Source: Wickerhamiella versatilis | Lineage: Eukaryota | Assembly (NCBI GenBank): GCA_030867685.1 | Contig: JAQOWU010000008.1 | Span: forward strand, 2,604,001-2,668,000 | Reading direction: 5' to 3' | Length of the DNA stretch: 64,000 bases | Shown here: positions 8,356 to 19,592 of the stretch, one piece after another | How the letters are laid out: every line of letters begins with the position of its first letter | Numbering within the stretch: position 1 is the stretch's first letter | Notes under the pieces: model-generated | Databases searched by the model: none | Told to the model about the DNA's origin: nothing | The model's input: only the letters and a program-made list of their open reading frames with translations | Made by a program: the position numbers and the translations under genes

Positions 8356-9294
8356 CTATGAGAATAGCTTTTGGAACCAGCTGCGATCGTCACTGCCTGT
8401 TGGTCGCCATGCATCAATATGCCCCTTGACTTTTGTGGCGGCCTCTGGTCCCGTGTAATTCCTGCCTAAGACATCAATGAAATTACCCTCAGGATCCATG
8501 AGGTAGAAGAAAATCGAGTGATCGACAAGGTAGTTGTCAGTAGGCTTGACATTTGGCGGTGTGCTGAAATAAACACGGTACTGCTTGCAAATATTTTTGA
8601 TTTGGTCATAAGTACCAGTGAGTCCAATGATATCCGGATGGAAGTCTTTTAGATATTCTTTTAGTACCTCAGGTGTATCACGCCAAGGATCACACGTGAC
8701 AAAAAGCGGTTGTAACTGCTTCTTTTCATTCGTGTTTGCCTTATTTATCACATAGGTCATGATTTCAAGCTCTTCGGGACAAATATCTGGGCATAAGGAA
8801 AACCCGAAATATATCATACTGAACTTACCCTTTAGCTCTTCATCGGTGAATTTATTGCCGTTCTGATCAACCAACTCAAAGGGACCTCCAATCTTAGGTT
8901 TTCCTACACCTTGATGTTCCCTCTCCATTCTTCGAATTTCAATTCTTCGCTTCTCACGTTTGAATAGCCATGTAAGACCACCACCTCCTACAATGAGAAT
9001 GGCAGCCCCAAGCCAGATAGAACGAGAACTTGGTGCATTGGTGCCCCTAGAGATCCGGGCCTTGGAAGACTCTGGATCTCCGAGAGCCACTCTACTCAGA
9101 GGTTTACGAGGTTTAAGAGGGTCAAACCCATGTGTTGCAGAGTTCGGATCACTAACACCACTCCTTACTTTTCCATCCTGCCCATCAGCTTGGGGCTTTG
9201 GATGATTTTTTTCAGTAAAACTTCGTATAACCTGTCCGTGTCTGGGCGCTAGCCGAGACCCTACGACCCGGCGGAGCACAGACCTAGCAATCAT
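8356..9294 (-). CDS. SCO1: Mitochondrial copper chaperone Sco1
   Basis: Presequence, a TM segment, GKPKIGGPFELVD, YFGFSLCPDICPEEL (CxxxC) and YLVDHSIFFYLMDP. Confidence 0.97.
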   Translation of the reverse strand: MIARSVLRRVVGSRLAPRHGQVIRSFTEKNHPKPQADGQDGKVRSGVSDPNSATHGFDPLKPRKPLSRVALGDPESSKARISRGTNAPSSRSIWLGAAILIVGGGGLTWLFKREKRRIEIRRMEREHQGVGKPKIGGPFELVDQNGNKFTDEELKGKFSMIYFGFSLCPDICPEELEIMTYVINKANTNEKKQLQPLFVTCDPWRDTPEVLKEYLKDFHPDIIGLTGTYDQIKNICKQYRVYFSTPPNVKPTDNYLVDHSIFFYLMDPEGNFIDVLGRNYTGPEAATKVKGHIDAWRPTGSDDRSWFQKLFS

Positions 9295-9485
9295 GACTAA
9301 TGGTTAATACGGTGAACATCTTAGGATTAAGTAGTAGGTAACGAGTTTATAGCTATAGATCTTTTAACCAAGGTATTCTCATAAATGTCTAGATACCTAC
9401 TTTGATTACATGGGCGGGAATAAATAAGATTTTAGGCTCATATATAGGGTGGACAGGCCACACCCCGCAGCTGACACACGGCGGA

Positions 9486-10043
9486 ATGAAACCTCTCACG
9501 ACATCTGCACAGCTCAAGAAAGCTGAAGAACAATTTTTGAAATTGATCCATACCAACAAAGAGCATGATTTTCTCAATAAAGTCCAGCTTACCAGCGTCG
9601 TGTTGGATGATGCATATCTAGATAATAACGATGGCCTCCCTGTAGTAGTACTACGCTTGAAAACTTCGAATGCAGCAAGAGACGAGAAAGAAAACATCCA
9701 TATTGGTGCATTAACTGCAATAATAGACTATTTCTCGACACTATCACAATTTGCTCAGCCTGATTATTGGGAGGTGACCGAATGCGATGATGAGGATCCA
9801 GTGATGCCAGAGTACTGGATACACCGGATTCCGCTGGAAGCAGGAGTATCGCGTGCGCTGAGAATCCACGTACTACAACCAATTCCTTGTGAAACAGAGT
9901 TTATTCATAAGTGTAAAATTCTCGAAAACACACAATCAACTTGCTATCTTTCAGTTCATATTTACTCGACTGATGGGAAGCTCCTCGCTACTGGTATTCA
10001 CGAAAAGGCCAAGATGCAGAGAGCAATTACCGCGAAACTTTAA
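9486..10043 (+). CDS. Hotdog-fold thioesterase (PaaI/ACOT13-like)
   Basis: NIHIGALTAIID, AGVSRALRIHVLQP and C-terminal DGKLLATGIHEK. First ATG in frame at 9486. Confidence 0.65.
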   Translation: MKPLTTSAQLKKAEEQFLKLIHTNKEHDFLNKVQLTSVVLDDAYLDNNDGLPVVVLRLKTSNAARDEKENIHIGALTAIIDYFSTLSQFAQPDYWEVTECDDEDPVMPEYWIHRIPLEAGVSRALRIHVLQPIPCETEFIHKCKILENTQSTCYLSVHIYSTDGKLLATGIHEKAKMQRAITAKL

Positions 10044-10111
10044 CTCCCTACGTTAATTGACCTAACCCAGTCAATACACTGTTGGTGATAGTGAAAGAGG
10101 GGTGGGTTGGG

Positions 10112-11287
10112 ATGGACGCCATACTTCGAAGGGTCGCCAGGAGGCAACCTATAAAGAAACCCAGGACCACTAGAGGCTGTTGGAACCGTCCCTCCCTCGA
10201 TGACTGTCCTCCCGAGGTGATTGGCCTCATTCTCATGTGGATTAGCGAGGAAAGTTTAGAGAGTCTTGTTTCTCTCATGTTAGTGTGTAAAAAAATTAAA
10301 ATGGTGGCAGATTCCTCGGCTATTTGGCAAATTGCATATTGTGCCCGCTGGAGGCCCGAGGGAGTGCCGATCCAGGACTGGAAGATGGCATTACGGGAAC
10401 GCATGCGGCTCAGGCGCAAATGGAGTCAAAATTCAGTAACTGTGAGTACTTTAGATGGTCATACAGACTCAGTTTATTGCGTCGAATTTGTGCATGGCAA
10501 GATATTCACCGTATCTCGCGATAGAACGTTACGAGTATGGAATAATGACTACCAACTCCTGTCCACCTATGAGTCGGGTCATAGTGGGTCTGTGTTGACA
10601 ATTTCAGCCGGATATGATGTTATAGCAACTGGTGGGAGTGATGGCAAGGTGATTTTGAGGTCGCTTGGTGACCTGGACATTATGTGGCAAGGTATTTTGC
10701 ACGAAAATGGTATTCTGAGCATAGCTATTGGACCTGAGCGCTGTGCTACTGCATCAAAAGATGGCTCGATAGTAGTTGTGAATACCAGGGGCTACCGTGT
10801 TCATAAAGTCATTCGTAATGCGCACATGGGTAAACCTGTGAGTAGTTTAGCATACGATCCCTCAACTAATGCACTTTATTCTGCAGGTGGTGACGGCAAA
10901 ATTTATATGTGGGATGCAGATAGAGGTATCAAGCTTTCGACTTTTAGGGGCCATAAGTCTGCTATCACCTGTCTTCGAATATGTGGCCCTGCTCTGGTTA
11001 GTGGAGCCTCTGATCACACTGTGCGAGTTTGGGACATACGGTCCAGGAAGTGCAAATATACACTTCGAGGCCACAAAAACATTGTAAGAAGTGTGGATTT
11101 ATCGGGTGGACGGATAGTCTCTGCATCTTATGATAGAGCTATCAAAGTATGGGACTATGCTAATGGAAGTTTGTTATACACTTATAACGGCTGGCATGAT
11201 GGCTGGATATACTGTGTTCGTGCCACAGCCTCCGCTATTATCAGTACATCTGTTTCAGTTAGACCTATTATATTTGATTTTTCATAG
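10112..11287 (+). CDS. F-box/WD40 protein (Pof11/FWD-1/beta-TrCP-like SCF substrate receptor)
   Basis: F-box-like LDDCPPEVIGLILMWI...VCKK...IW followed by about 7 WD repeats (GHTDSVYCVEF, GHKSAITCL...VRVWD, GHKNIVRSV...IKVWD). Confidence 0.85.
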   Translation: MDAILRRVARRQPIKKPRTTRGCWNRPSLDDCPPEVIGLILMWISEESLESLVSLMLVCKKIKMVADSSAIWQIAYCARWRPEGVPIQDWKMALRERMRLRRKWSQNSVTVSTLDGHTDSVYCVEFVHGKIFTVSRDRTLRVWNNDYQLLSTYESGHSGSVLTISAGYDVIATGGSDGKVILRSLGDLDIMWQGILHENGILSIAIGPERCATASKDGSIVVVNTRGYRVHKVIRNAHMGKPVSSLAYDPSTNALYSAGGDGKIYMWDADRGIKLSTFRGHKSAITCLRICGPALVSGASDHTVRVWDIRSRKCKYTLRGHKNIVRSVDLSGGRIVSASYDRAIKVWDYANGSLLYTYNGWHDGWIYCVRATASAIISTSVSVRPIIFDFS

Positions 11288-11303
11288 TGATATTGCATAA
11301 TGA

Positions 11304-14051
11304 TCAGCTGTAGTCGAACGTTTCATCTCCCTTCGAAAATTTAGCTCGAAGGTTTTCTGATGTATGTAGATGCGTTTTGTGGATCCATCTTACACCTCGC
11401 TGTATCAAGAAAATAGAGGAGCCAATCGAACGACAGGCAGCAAACACTGCCATCGACCAAACAACGATTTGAAGGTATACGTTATTGCCGGGTCTATCGA
11501 GGTTCCAGAATTGCGTGATCAGCATGACAAGCAATAGGTTGCAAATCATCCAAATAAGTACTACGAGTGAGCGAATGTTACGGTAGTAGTCAGTACCGCG
11601 AACCGCTGCTGAAACATTGCCGTCATGTGTGGGGATCCTTTCTCGCAGCGAGTGGAGTACATTGTCATACCCGGTATCGATATCTAGCTGATCACTGGGC
11701 AAAGAAACCTCCACCATTCCGTCACTTTTCATGACTACAGCCTCACCAAGATCTAATTTAGGCTCGTTGTCACCCTTGGTACCCCAGCTCACATCATGGG
11801 TATTACAAAATGCATATGTCTGTAGCGTGCAAACGTAAAGAGGTACCAAGAGGAAGTACTGTAATGATGAGGTCAGTACATGCCATGGATCCAACCAGAC
11901 GAAACTCATAATAGCGTACAACCCGTAGGTACTTACTAGTGAGACAACGATCGTTAGAAGTGTGCTTATTTTTGTATCGCCATCTCCTGCTACGCTGAAT
12001 GTCCGAGCAACAAAATAGAGACCGATTATAGTAGCATAGGCAATAACCACACTCATGGTAACTACAGTTGTCATAAACAATGCTCGTGCACCCTGAGGTC
12101 GATTTCCTAGTGACAAGACAAATTGCGCTGCAATAGCAAGGGTCAAAATATATTTGAAAAAGAGGAACAATACCTCACCACCGTGATGGGGAATAGTGGC
12201 ATCATTATTACCAGCCACAGATCCTGCCACAAAGTAGAAAGTAAGATAAAAGTTGGCTATGCCAAAGAATGTAAAAAGAAGCGTCATGAATTGGTAGAAA
12301 AACTCCAGATGGAAGAAAATCTTTCGAATGGTCCCATGTGCGGTGCCCCAAATCTGACGGAAATGCCATTGTGAATACAAAGCAGCAAATAGGGCTCCGT
12401 TGAGCCATCGACGACGCTGCGAGATGAATTCAGCTAGACTCTCTGGCACATCTGTTTCACCTTTTGCCGCTGGAACGTATTTCAAAACCCATTTTTCCTG
12501 GCGTTTGGCAACAAGTTCCCAACAAAGAATACGGTCTTCGGCTAGGTACATATTTTTCTCAAATATGCCAGCATTGGCATCATCATCCAGTTTTTCACCC
12601 TTAAAGTACGAGCACAAGGGTCCAGTACCGTCCGGGTTATTCTCCAGTGCGCGGTATCGATAGGCAGAAAGCGCACCGGGCAACACGCTGATATAGCCAA
12701 AAACAGATTCGAATGGCTTATCGAGAATATTCGATATCTTGTACTCGAAATTTTGTGCAGCAACCAAAGGATTGAACAGCGAAGTGCCAAACTTTCCTAT
12801 CATTGTCTTGATCTCACCACAGGCCCCAGCCACATTGGAATCCTCATCAAAGGCTTTCCAAAGGTGATATAAAGTCTGAGTGGTGGGACGTGTTCCGACA
12901 TCTAGTAGCACTGTGACATTGGGATTCAACTGAGGGCATACTGCATTGAAAAACCATCGATGGCTATTAATCTTCTTAGCATTTTTCTCCTTCATGCAGA
13001 ACATGACCTGAACCGGAACCAGATTCTTTTCGGCACCTTGGAAGCGCATATCCTCTGTAAGGCAAACTTGTGCAGTATACTCAAATAAATGGGCCCTTAC
13101 CTCTGCGCCATTCACAAAGTTTTTGGCAACACCATCCTGATATACACCTATCGCAGCCAAACAATCAAGTACACGGGGACTGACCTTGGTTCTCCCGTCT
13201 GCTATGATTGTAAGCACTACTTTCTTCCATCCATTAGGACCCCATACCTTAGAATTAGATCTTTGACAAAGGTAAGCAATATTCTTGAACACCGCATGCA
13301 ACGTCCTTGTGAACAACGCTTCATCCTCATTGTACATTGTGATACATATGCAAATCTCTGTTTGGCGATCATAGATAGCGGGTCTAATCGTGAAGCCATC
13401 CTCCGCAAAGTCATCAGGGTCAGATGTTACCGCAGAGTACCTCATATGAACAAACTCATCCGAGTCACGACGAGGCAAAAACGAATATAGCTTAGTTGGA
13501 ACAGGACAGTCGAGTACCAAATTACCCTTTACGAGTTTCACCTGTTTTCTACTGATACTTTTGTTTCGACGAGGCTGGTTCTCGAGGGGTGGTTCCATTG
13601 CCAATGTTGATGCATCATCGTCATCGTCCAGTTCCCCTTCGACTTCGGGTTCGGATTCAATATTTTTCGACACAATCAATTCATCGTTTGAAGCCAATGT
13701 CGTTGTGGATCTGTTAAAGTCTGTTTCAGGCAGAGGCCGTCGAGGGGCAGAGGGGCTAGCAAATGGATTAGGCGGCAAAGGTCGCGATCCTGTATTATTC
13801 CCTAGCTCTAGTCCACGACCAATGGCTTCATCAGCATCATCCTCTTCATCCCAGATCCGAGATCTTCGGACAGGAGAGCCGAGCGGAGAGCCGTGGGCAC
13901 TTAACCCGGCACTAAAGGTGCTACTAAATCGAGACGGCGACTGCCTAGAGGGGCTGTCAAATGGGTTTTCAGTAACAGGAGAACGCAGAGGACTTCTTCT
14001 CCCAGGCGAATATGCTGGTTTCGGCGCCTCTGGTAGTGGTCGATCAGGCAT
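11304..14051 (-). CDS. CHS2: Chitin synthase, division 1 (Chs2-like)
   Basis: [46 protein letters not shown]. First ATG at 14051. Confidence 0.9.
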   Translation of the reverse strand: MPDRPLPEAPKPAYSPGRRSPLRSPVTENPFDSPSRQSPSRFSSTFSAGLSAHGSPLGSPVRRSRIWDEEDDADEAIGRGLELGNNTGSRPLPPNPFASPSAPRRPLPETDFNRSTTTLASNDELIVSKNIESEPEVEGELDDDDDASTLAMEPPLENQPRRNKSISRKQVKLVKGNLVLDCPVPTKLYSFLPRRDSDEFVHMRYSAVTSDPDDFAEDGFTIRPAIYDRQTEICICITMYNEDEALFTRTLHAVFKNIAYLCQRSNSKVWGPNGWKKVVLTIIADGRTKVSPRVLDCLAAIGVYQDGVAKNFVNGAEVRAHLFEYTAQVCLTEDMRFQGAEKNLVPVQVMFCMKEKNAKKINSHRWFFNAVCPQLNPNVTVLLDVGTRPTTQTLYHLWKAFDEDSNVAGACGEIKTMIGKFGTSLFNPLVAAQNFEYKISNILDKPFESVFGYISVLPGALSAYRYRALENNPDGTGPLCSYFKGEKLDDDANAGIFEKNMYLAEDRILCWELVAKRQEKWVLKYVPAAKGETDVPESLAEFISQRRRWLNGALFAALYSQWHFRQIWGTAHGTIRKIFFHLEFFYQFMTLLFTFFGIANFYLTFYFVAGSVAGNNDATIPHHGGEVLFLFFKYILTLAIAAQFVLSLGNRPQGARALFMTTVVTMSVVIAYATIIGLYFVARTFSVAGDGDTKISTLLTIVVSLVSTYGLYAIMSFVWLDPWHVLTSSLQYFLLVPLYVCTLQTYAFCNTHDVSWGTKGDNEPKLDLGEAVVMKSDGMVEVSLPSDQLDIDTGYDNVLHSLRERIPTHDGNVSAAVRGTDYYRNIRSLVVLIWMICNLLLVMLITQFWNLDRPGNNVYLQIVVWSMAVFAACRSIGSSIFLIQRGVRWIHKTHLHTSENLRAKFSKGDETFDYS

Positions 14052-14291
14052 GGCTGTCGAAAGTTTGGACAAGACTGTTTATGTTTACGTCACCAAATGT
14101 TTACTGTGGGACCGTATGCAGCTCCATAACACATATTATGTAATGTTTAATTCAAGAAGGATATGAAATATAGACCATCTCGAGTGTGAGGTATTAAGCT
14201 TTATTCATATTATACTAGACTCCTGGATATCCAATTCATTTGGAATGGCCCCCTGATTATTACAAAAAAATGTGTGTCACTATTCCTCCTC

Positions 14292-14319
14292 TATATGTAT
14301 ATATATACATATATATATA
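14292..14319. repeat. Imperfect (TA)n microsatellite
   Basis: tatatgtatatatatacatatatatata between CHS2 and ELP4. Confidence 0.7.
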
Positions 14320-14461
14320 CTTCATCCCGTAAAACACTAAATAAGAAAATAACCCATTATATTCCTTCCCAATGCTCGATGTCGTGGTTGGCGGGAGGCT
14401 GATATCTAGAGATCCATAAGCAGCACAACAGCAAGCGTAGACCAAGATTATGACGAGCTAC

Positions 14462-15457
14462 TCAGTATGCCTCTTCTTCTCCTTTTATTTCCGAGCTATC
14501 CACCGGGATGGCCCATGGATTTACTTCAAACTGAGTACGTCCCACTCTGAACGAGTACTCATGCTGCGATTTCACCATAGCACCTCGATCACTGAGATCT
14601 GCCAGACGATGGATATGCAGAAACCCTTGAACATTTTGATCTTCGAACGGTTCAAGCTCCACACATGTGTCGACGAGCAATTCAATAGCTGCGGTAACAG
14701 GGCTTGCACGCGGAGCCAGCTGTAGAGGTAGCGAGATTATGCATGTTGCCTGAAACCTACTACATGCCAACCGCAGCCGATGAAAGAAGGGGACGAGATT
14801 TTGTGGCTCATAACTCTCTGCAGGGTATAATGCAGGATGCAAAATATTAGGAATAATGACACGTTTGACACCCTTAAGATTCGAGAGAGTAGACTCTAAT
14901 TTTGCCATAATAGCCTCAAGGGATGTTCCATTAACATATCGAACCTCATTAGGGCGAGCAGATGGTACAATATTCGACCGAAAAGTAAGATCTCTGGCGT
15001 ACCGCGAATGGGAGCCACTACCAGCTTCATCTCTTCGCGACGAATTTAGTCGTTGATAACGCCAGGCAATCTTCATCTTTTCCCCATTATTTGGCATTTT
15101 GGGCTCTTCTGTAGGTTCCTGCTTGACTCCTGGAAGGACCTTCAAATATTCCGGGGATCCCACGCATAAGACAGTGGTGGGGCACTGATGTCGAGCTTCA
15201 TCTACCCCCAAAGCTGCGAATCCTTTTAATATGCTTGATGCAAAGTCAGTGGTTCCATGTTCTTCCACCAGAGTCACGCTTCCTTGCGGTAGGCCGCCGT
15301 GCTGCAGTAATTGGTCCAGTGATCTACTACTGCTGGATATACATGGTTTTGAATTGAAGAGTGATGGTCTCACGCCAAAATGTTCGGGGCCAGTTTCTTT
15401 TTTTGTAGCGACTGGAGTTCGTCCCGAGTTCAACGGTATAGACTTCCTCGTGAACAT
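14462..15457 (-). CDS. ELP4: Elongator subunit Elp4
   Basis: GVRPS, SLDQLLQHGGLPQGSVTLVEEHGTTDFASSILK, MKIAWRY, and a C-terminal F..V.PW.IP. Confidence 0.92.
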   Translation of the reverse strand: MFTRKSIPLNSGRTPVATKKETGPEHFGVRPSLFNSKPCISSSSRSLDQLLQHGGLPQGSVTLVEEHGTTDFASSILKGFAALGVDEARHQCPTTVLCVGSPEYLKVLPGVKQEPTEEPKMPNNGEKMKIAWRYQRLNSSRRDEAGSGSHSRYARDLTFRSNIVPSARPNEVRYVNGTSLEAIMAKLESTLSNLKGVKRVIIPNILHPALYPAESYEPQNLVPFFHRLRLACSRFQATCIISLPLQLAPRASPVTAAIELLVDTCVELEPFEDQNVQGFLHIHRLADLSDRGAMVKSQHEYSFRVGRTQFEVNPWAIPVDSSEIKGEEEAY

Positions 15458-15530
15458 TACTAACCTAAAAAATTATACGAAATTAGGCACCGCTGTTATT
15501 TCTAATCTCATCAACATCCACAGCACTAAT

Positions 15531-16616
15531 ATGTCGGCTGCTGCGTTGGATTCCTCGAAGCTTACAATTACTAAATGTCAAGGACGTAAGAGCTATCCTC
15601 CTAAGGAAGAGCTAGGTTTTGGCAAAGTGACTACGGATCACATCCTTACGGTCGAGTGGGATCATGTGACTGGTTGGGGCACTCCTGAAATCAAGCCATA
15701 CGCTCCTTTCCAGATGGATCCTGCCACATCTGTTCTTCATTATGCGTTTGAGTGCTTTGAAGGCCAAAAGGCGTTTTGGGATGTTGACGGAGACGTACGG
15801 ATCTTTCGGCCCGAGGAGAACATGAAGCGGCTCAATAAGAGTTGCCGTAGGATTTGCCTTCCAGAGTTTCCTGTGGAGGAAGGAGTAAAGCTTCTGAAGG
15901 AATTCGTCCGTGTTGAATCCGAAGTTATCCCCAAGGGGGAGGGGTATGCCTTGTACCTCCGTCCTACCTGTATCTCCACTAACGTGGGGCTGGGTGTAGC
16001 AAAGCCCACCAAGAGCTTACTCTACATCATTGCATCACCAGTAGGACCTGCTTTGAGTTCTAACGTTACCCTTGAGGCCACCGACTATGCCACTCGTGCG
16101 TGGCCCGGTGGCACTGGTGATAGCAAACTTGGTGGCAACTATGCTCCTTGTGTATTGCCCCAAGAGCAGGCGGCTAGTCGTGGATTCACTCAAAACCTTT
16201 GGCTATTCAACGGCTACCTTACTGAAGTAGGAATGATGAATTTGTTCTTGGTGTTTGCTAACGAAGATGGGACAAGGGAACTTACCACTGCTCCACTGGA
16301 TGGTATTATTCTGGAGGGTATAACTCGCTCGAGTATATTGGAAATTGCTCGTGAGAAGCTTGATCCAAAGAAGTGGATAATAACTGAGCGTAGGACCCAT
16401 GTTGATGAGTTATTGGAGCGTTCAAAGAAAGGTCAGCTTTTGGAGATTTTCGGAGCAGGAACAGCCGCAATTGTGAAACTTGTAGATGCAATTAGCTACC
16501 ATGGTACCACTTGTAAGGCATCAGGCTCAACAGACGAAGTAGCTCCTCAGATACGCCGCTGGATCTGGGACATTCAATATGGTGTTCAGAACCACCCATT
16601 CTGCCAAAAAATATAG
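15531..16616 (+). CDS. BAT2: Branched-chain amino acid aminotransferase with no presequence (cytosolic Bat2-type)
   Basis: FGKVTTDH, LHYAFECFEG, LYLRP, KLGGNYAP (PLP lysine), EVGMMN, ILEGITR, FGAGTAA. The upstream part of the track ORF is antisense to ELP4. Confidence 0.9.
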   Translation: MSAAALDSSKLTITKCQGRKSYPPKEELGFGKVTTDHILTVEWDHVTGWGTPEIKPYAPFQMDPATSVLHYAFECFEGQKAFWDVDGDVRIFRPEENMKRLNKSCRRICLPEFPVEEGVKLLKEFVRVESEVIPKGEGYALYLRPTCISTNVGLGVAKPTKSLLYIIASPVGPALSSNVTLEATDYATRAWPGGTGDSKLGGNYAPCVLPQEQAASRGFTQNLWLFNGYLTEVGMMNLFLVFANEDGTRELTTAPLDGIILEGITRSSILEIAREKLDPKKWIITERRTHVDELLERSKKGQLLEIFGAGTAAIVKLVDAISYHGTTCKASGSTDEVAPQIRRWIWDIQYGVQNHPFCQKI

Positions 16617-16632
16617 AATTTATTTAATGCTT

Positions 16633-17163
16633 CTAGCGTTTTACGTATATCCATTTATAAAATGAGTGGTATATTATGAATGTAAACACAGTGTTAAAAG
16701 TATCTTGAATTTCGGCCCAGATGAGTCCAAAAATAAAGAGGCTGAGGCTGAGGAATGCAGGAGAAATGCTTGAGGGTTGTTCGGGGACCTGGGATACATT
16801 TTCGTGTCGTATGTGCTTGGTTTTTTTCTGTTTTCGTGTTGTTGCGTGAACTTTTATCGCAAAACGAACACGCTTGTGCGAGCTGCTAGATTTGGATAAC
16901 ACCGGAAGTATTTCAGAGCCTTCTGTCTCTAAAATAGCGGAACCTTCGCGAATAATGCTCGGGGGTTTCAAGCTATCTGCCGTACGGCCAATACTACATG
17001 GTGGCGAATTTTCTTGACTTGAAGATTGAGAACTGAGAGGTTTTCTTTTAATAGCAAGGGTGGGATTGGGGCCATGATGCTTTAGGAGGCATGCGAACTC
17101 TCGAAACGCGCTTCTCAATGCCCCTTGGTAGACACGGGATGCGCGCTTCGACAATGCACCCAT
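16633..17163 (-). CDS. Hypothetical protein, basic and Ser-rich with a C-terminal hydrophobic segment
   Basis: The ORF fills the gap between BAT2 and the reductase. It has a KRVRF motif and C-terminal AFLSLSLFIFGLIW. No family recognised. Confidence 0.5.
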   Translation of the reverse strand: MGALSKRASRVYQGALRSAFREFACLLKHHGPNPTLAIKRKPLSSQSSSQENSPPCSIGRTADSLKPPSIIREGSAILETEGSEILPVLSKSSSSHKRVRFAIKVHATTRKQKKTKHIRHENVSQVPEQPSSISPAFLSLSLFIFGLIWAEIQDTFNTVFTFIIYHSFYKWIYVKR

Positions 17164-17401
17164 TCCGACCAAGTTACTACTTCCAGCTTATTATATTCAT
17201 ACAGGACCACTTTTGACCAATTTCCGGTTATGCAGGGTTAGGGGGTCACCATAATTTAATTAGCCTTCACATACCGCTTTTTTGTCGCGTGTTGACCATG
17301 AAATGCCACTGCTCACGCATGTTTAGACGCTTTTTTAGGATAGGATTCCGACCTATATTTTTCTTTCGCTTTAGTTACAGATTTTGCGAACATCTACTGA
17401 T

Positions 17402-18427
17402 CTAGTTTTCCCAGGGAAGCTTTCCCATGATATTACGAGCTAATTCCCGCTCAAACGGCTCATCTGGAAGCTGGTATTTACCATATTTTTCTAAGAGAGC
17501 AAACTGCTTTCCGCGAAGCATGACGTAGATTCCTTGAAGGATCGGAGTCTTCACACCACACTCCGATCCGTATCTTAGTGGATTGCCAAGAATAGTCTCG
17601 AGCTCCAAAACCTGCCCCTTTTTAATGTCAACGAGCATCGAAGGTTCATAATATGTTCCACCATCACTGTCAATCATATCCTCCTCAATGCCGTCGGGCA
17701 GCTTCTTACCGGTTTGAGCCTCGGCAATGCTACGAACTTCAGCCATCGCAGGCCTTATCATGGTGTCCATGAGACCCGAAAATACTATGCGACCCGTGTC
17801 AAGACCAGTAAGGGCACAAGTAGTATTGAGGGTAGCATTGTAGACAAGCTTACACCAACGTCGATAAGTGATGTCTGGGTGGAATATCGCCTCACTCTTA
17901 GAGGAATTGTAGACATTCACTAGCTGATGAGTTCTCTCCAGCGCCTCTGGTCGCTTATCAAGTGTTCCAAAATGGATCTTATCCGGACCTGTATGGTTTA
18001 CTTGACCTCCGTAGTTTGCTGATCCAATCATACTGACTCCCCCAATAACATATGAGTCGGGGAATTCAGCCATCAACGGTGCCTCGTTACCTATTCCGTT
18101 TTGGATTACGACAATGGAGCAGCCTGGTGTAACTAGAGGACGAATCAGGTTCTCTGTCTTTTGCAACTCAGGTATGTTCTTTGTAGTGACCACAACCAAA
18201 TCATATGGCCCCTGTTCTGCTGCCTTTTCGATTGAAGGCACTATTGCGTGGGGATGCCAGGACTCGATCTTGCCGTAGTCCACTGAATCAAAAGACCAGC
18301 CATGTTTGGTAACATGTGTGTAAATACTACGAGCTACGACAGTCACCTGGCATTGTTTTGAATCTTCCAGAGCTAGTGCGACAACGCTGCCGACTCCTCC
18401 GGATCCAATCAAGACTGCTTTCAGCAT
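17402..18427 (-). CDS. Ketopantoate reductase family protein (ApbA/PanE)
   Basis: IGSGGVG Rossmann motif, VVTTKN, IQNGIG, WCKLVYNATLN, PSMLVD, LELETILG. Confidence 0.9.
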   Translation of the reverse strand: MLKAVLIGSGGVGSVVALALEDSKQCQVTVVARSIYTHVTKHGWSFDSVDYGKIESWHPHAIVPSIEKAAEQGPYDLVVVTTKNIPELQKTENLIRPLVTPGCSIVVIQNGIGNEAPLMAEFPDSYVIGGVSMIGSANYGGQVNHTGPDKIHFGTLDKRPEALERTHQLVNVYNSSKSEAIFHPDITYRRWCKLVYNATLNTTCALTGLDTGRIVFSGLMDTMIRPAMAEVRSIAEAQTGKKLPDGIEEDMIDSDGGTYYEPSMLVDIKKGQVLELETILGNPLRYGSECGVKTPILQGIYVMLRGKQFALLEKYGKYQLPDEPFERELARNIMGKLPWEN

Positions 18428-18725
18428 AGATAACGGTGAGATTGGAGATTTGTAATCTCCAGGCGCTCTCCAACTTAGGCGAATGGCATCCGTAATCAAT
18501 AGCCGCCCAACTAATCACGCGGCTAATGAGATTTACCCTACAGTTACCCTGATTACTAAGATATGTTCGCTCGTGAGCTGTCTACTACCTAATCTGTTCA
18601 TTCCTGCTCGAAAGTCTCAATTAGGAAATTAGTCCTTCCTCTAAACTGCCCTTCTATTAGCCCTTTTGGGAATTGTGAAGGTACTTAGACCCCGTAGACT
18701 CCTTCAGAATTTTCAAACAACCCTC

Positions 18726-19592
18726 ATGGCCACGACTGTTTCAGGTAATTTGGTGGTGCCGAGCCTCGAGAGCCTCGAAGCAGAGGAAGCAGATGAGCTT
18801 CAATTGGAACAGCATAGTGGTAATACACCGTTGCTAGGCCAGTGTGACGATCCTGATTGTGAGAGCAGTGAGGGTGCTTCTTCGCCCTCGCCTTCAATGC
18901 ATACTTGTAAAACATTTGAACTTGATGAATACGATGAAAAAAAATCAAATAAACCGAATCAAGTAGCAAAGGTTCCTGCAAAACGGTTCGAGTCCCCTAT
19001 TGGTGCATCAGAGTTACCACGGCCTCAGACATACAACAAATGCAATGATAAGCGCATGAGCACAGTGAGCATGGCATCTTTTGTGGCAGTATTAGCTCCC
19101 TACATTAACAATTTCACCACTAGCACAACAAGCAATCCCCAGGATGATGCCGAACAGGCTCTGAAAAAGCTCTGCCAATCTCCTGCACCGCGAAGTACAA
19201 CGTTTCTTCAATCTAAACGCTCCAGCTGTCGTCGAAGGCTAGCAACCATTCCGACCCGAACTTCATCCAGGGCCATCAATGATTGGTCGCATTCTCTTGA
19301 CGTCACTTTCAATAGCCTCGACCATGATCTTGAGGATTCCACATACTTCCAAGTTCCTGGCTTACCAGAAGTACCATCCACTAACACAGGAAAGAGCCAC
19401 AAAGGAATATGGGACACGATTAAAAGGCATGGACACCACAAAAAAGCTGTTGCTGGTGGTGTGCCTTCAAATATCAAACAGCACACCAAGGGAAGCAAAC
19501 GCCAACGTTTCATGCGTTTTATCAGCGCCATATTCAACGGGAATCCACAAACAGAGGTGACCACACCGTCTGTAGCTCCTCCAAGGAACTAA
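18726..19592 (+). CDS. Hypothetical, largely disordered protein
   Basis: 288-aa ORF from ATG 18726, divergent from the reductase. No family recognised. Confidence 0.6.
   Translation: MATTVSGNLVVPSLESLEAEEADELQLEQHSGNTPLLGQCDDPDCESSEGASSPSPSMHTCKTFELDEYDEKKSNKPNQVAKVPAKRFESPIGASELPRPQTYNKCNDKRMSTVSMASFVAVLAPYINNFTTSTTSNPQDDAEQALKKLCQSPAPRSTTFLQSKRSSCRRRLATIPTRTSSRAINDWSHSLDVTFNSLDHDLEDSTYFQVPGLPEVPSTNTGKSHKGIWDTIKRHGHHKKAVAGGVPSNIKQHTKGSKRQRFMRFISAIFNGNPQTEVTTPSVAPPRN

Noticed and set aside
13561-14166. 201-aa + strand ORF
   Set aside because: Antisense shadow of the low-complexity CHS2 N-terminus.
15231-15530. 100-aa N-terminal extension of BAT2 in the ORF track
   Set aside because: It is the antisense of ELP4 and is not presequence-like. 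The real start is most likely 15531.
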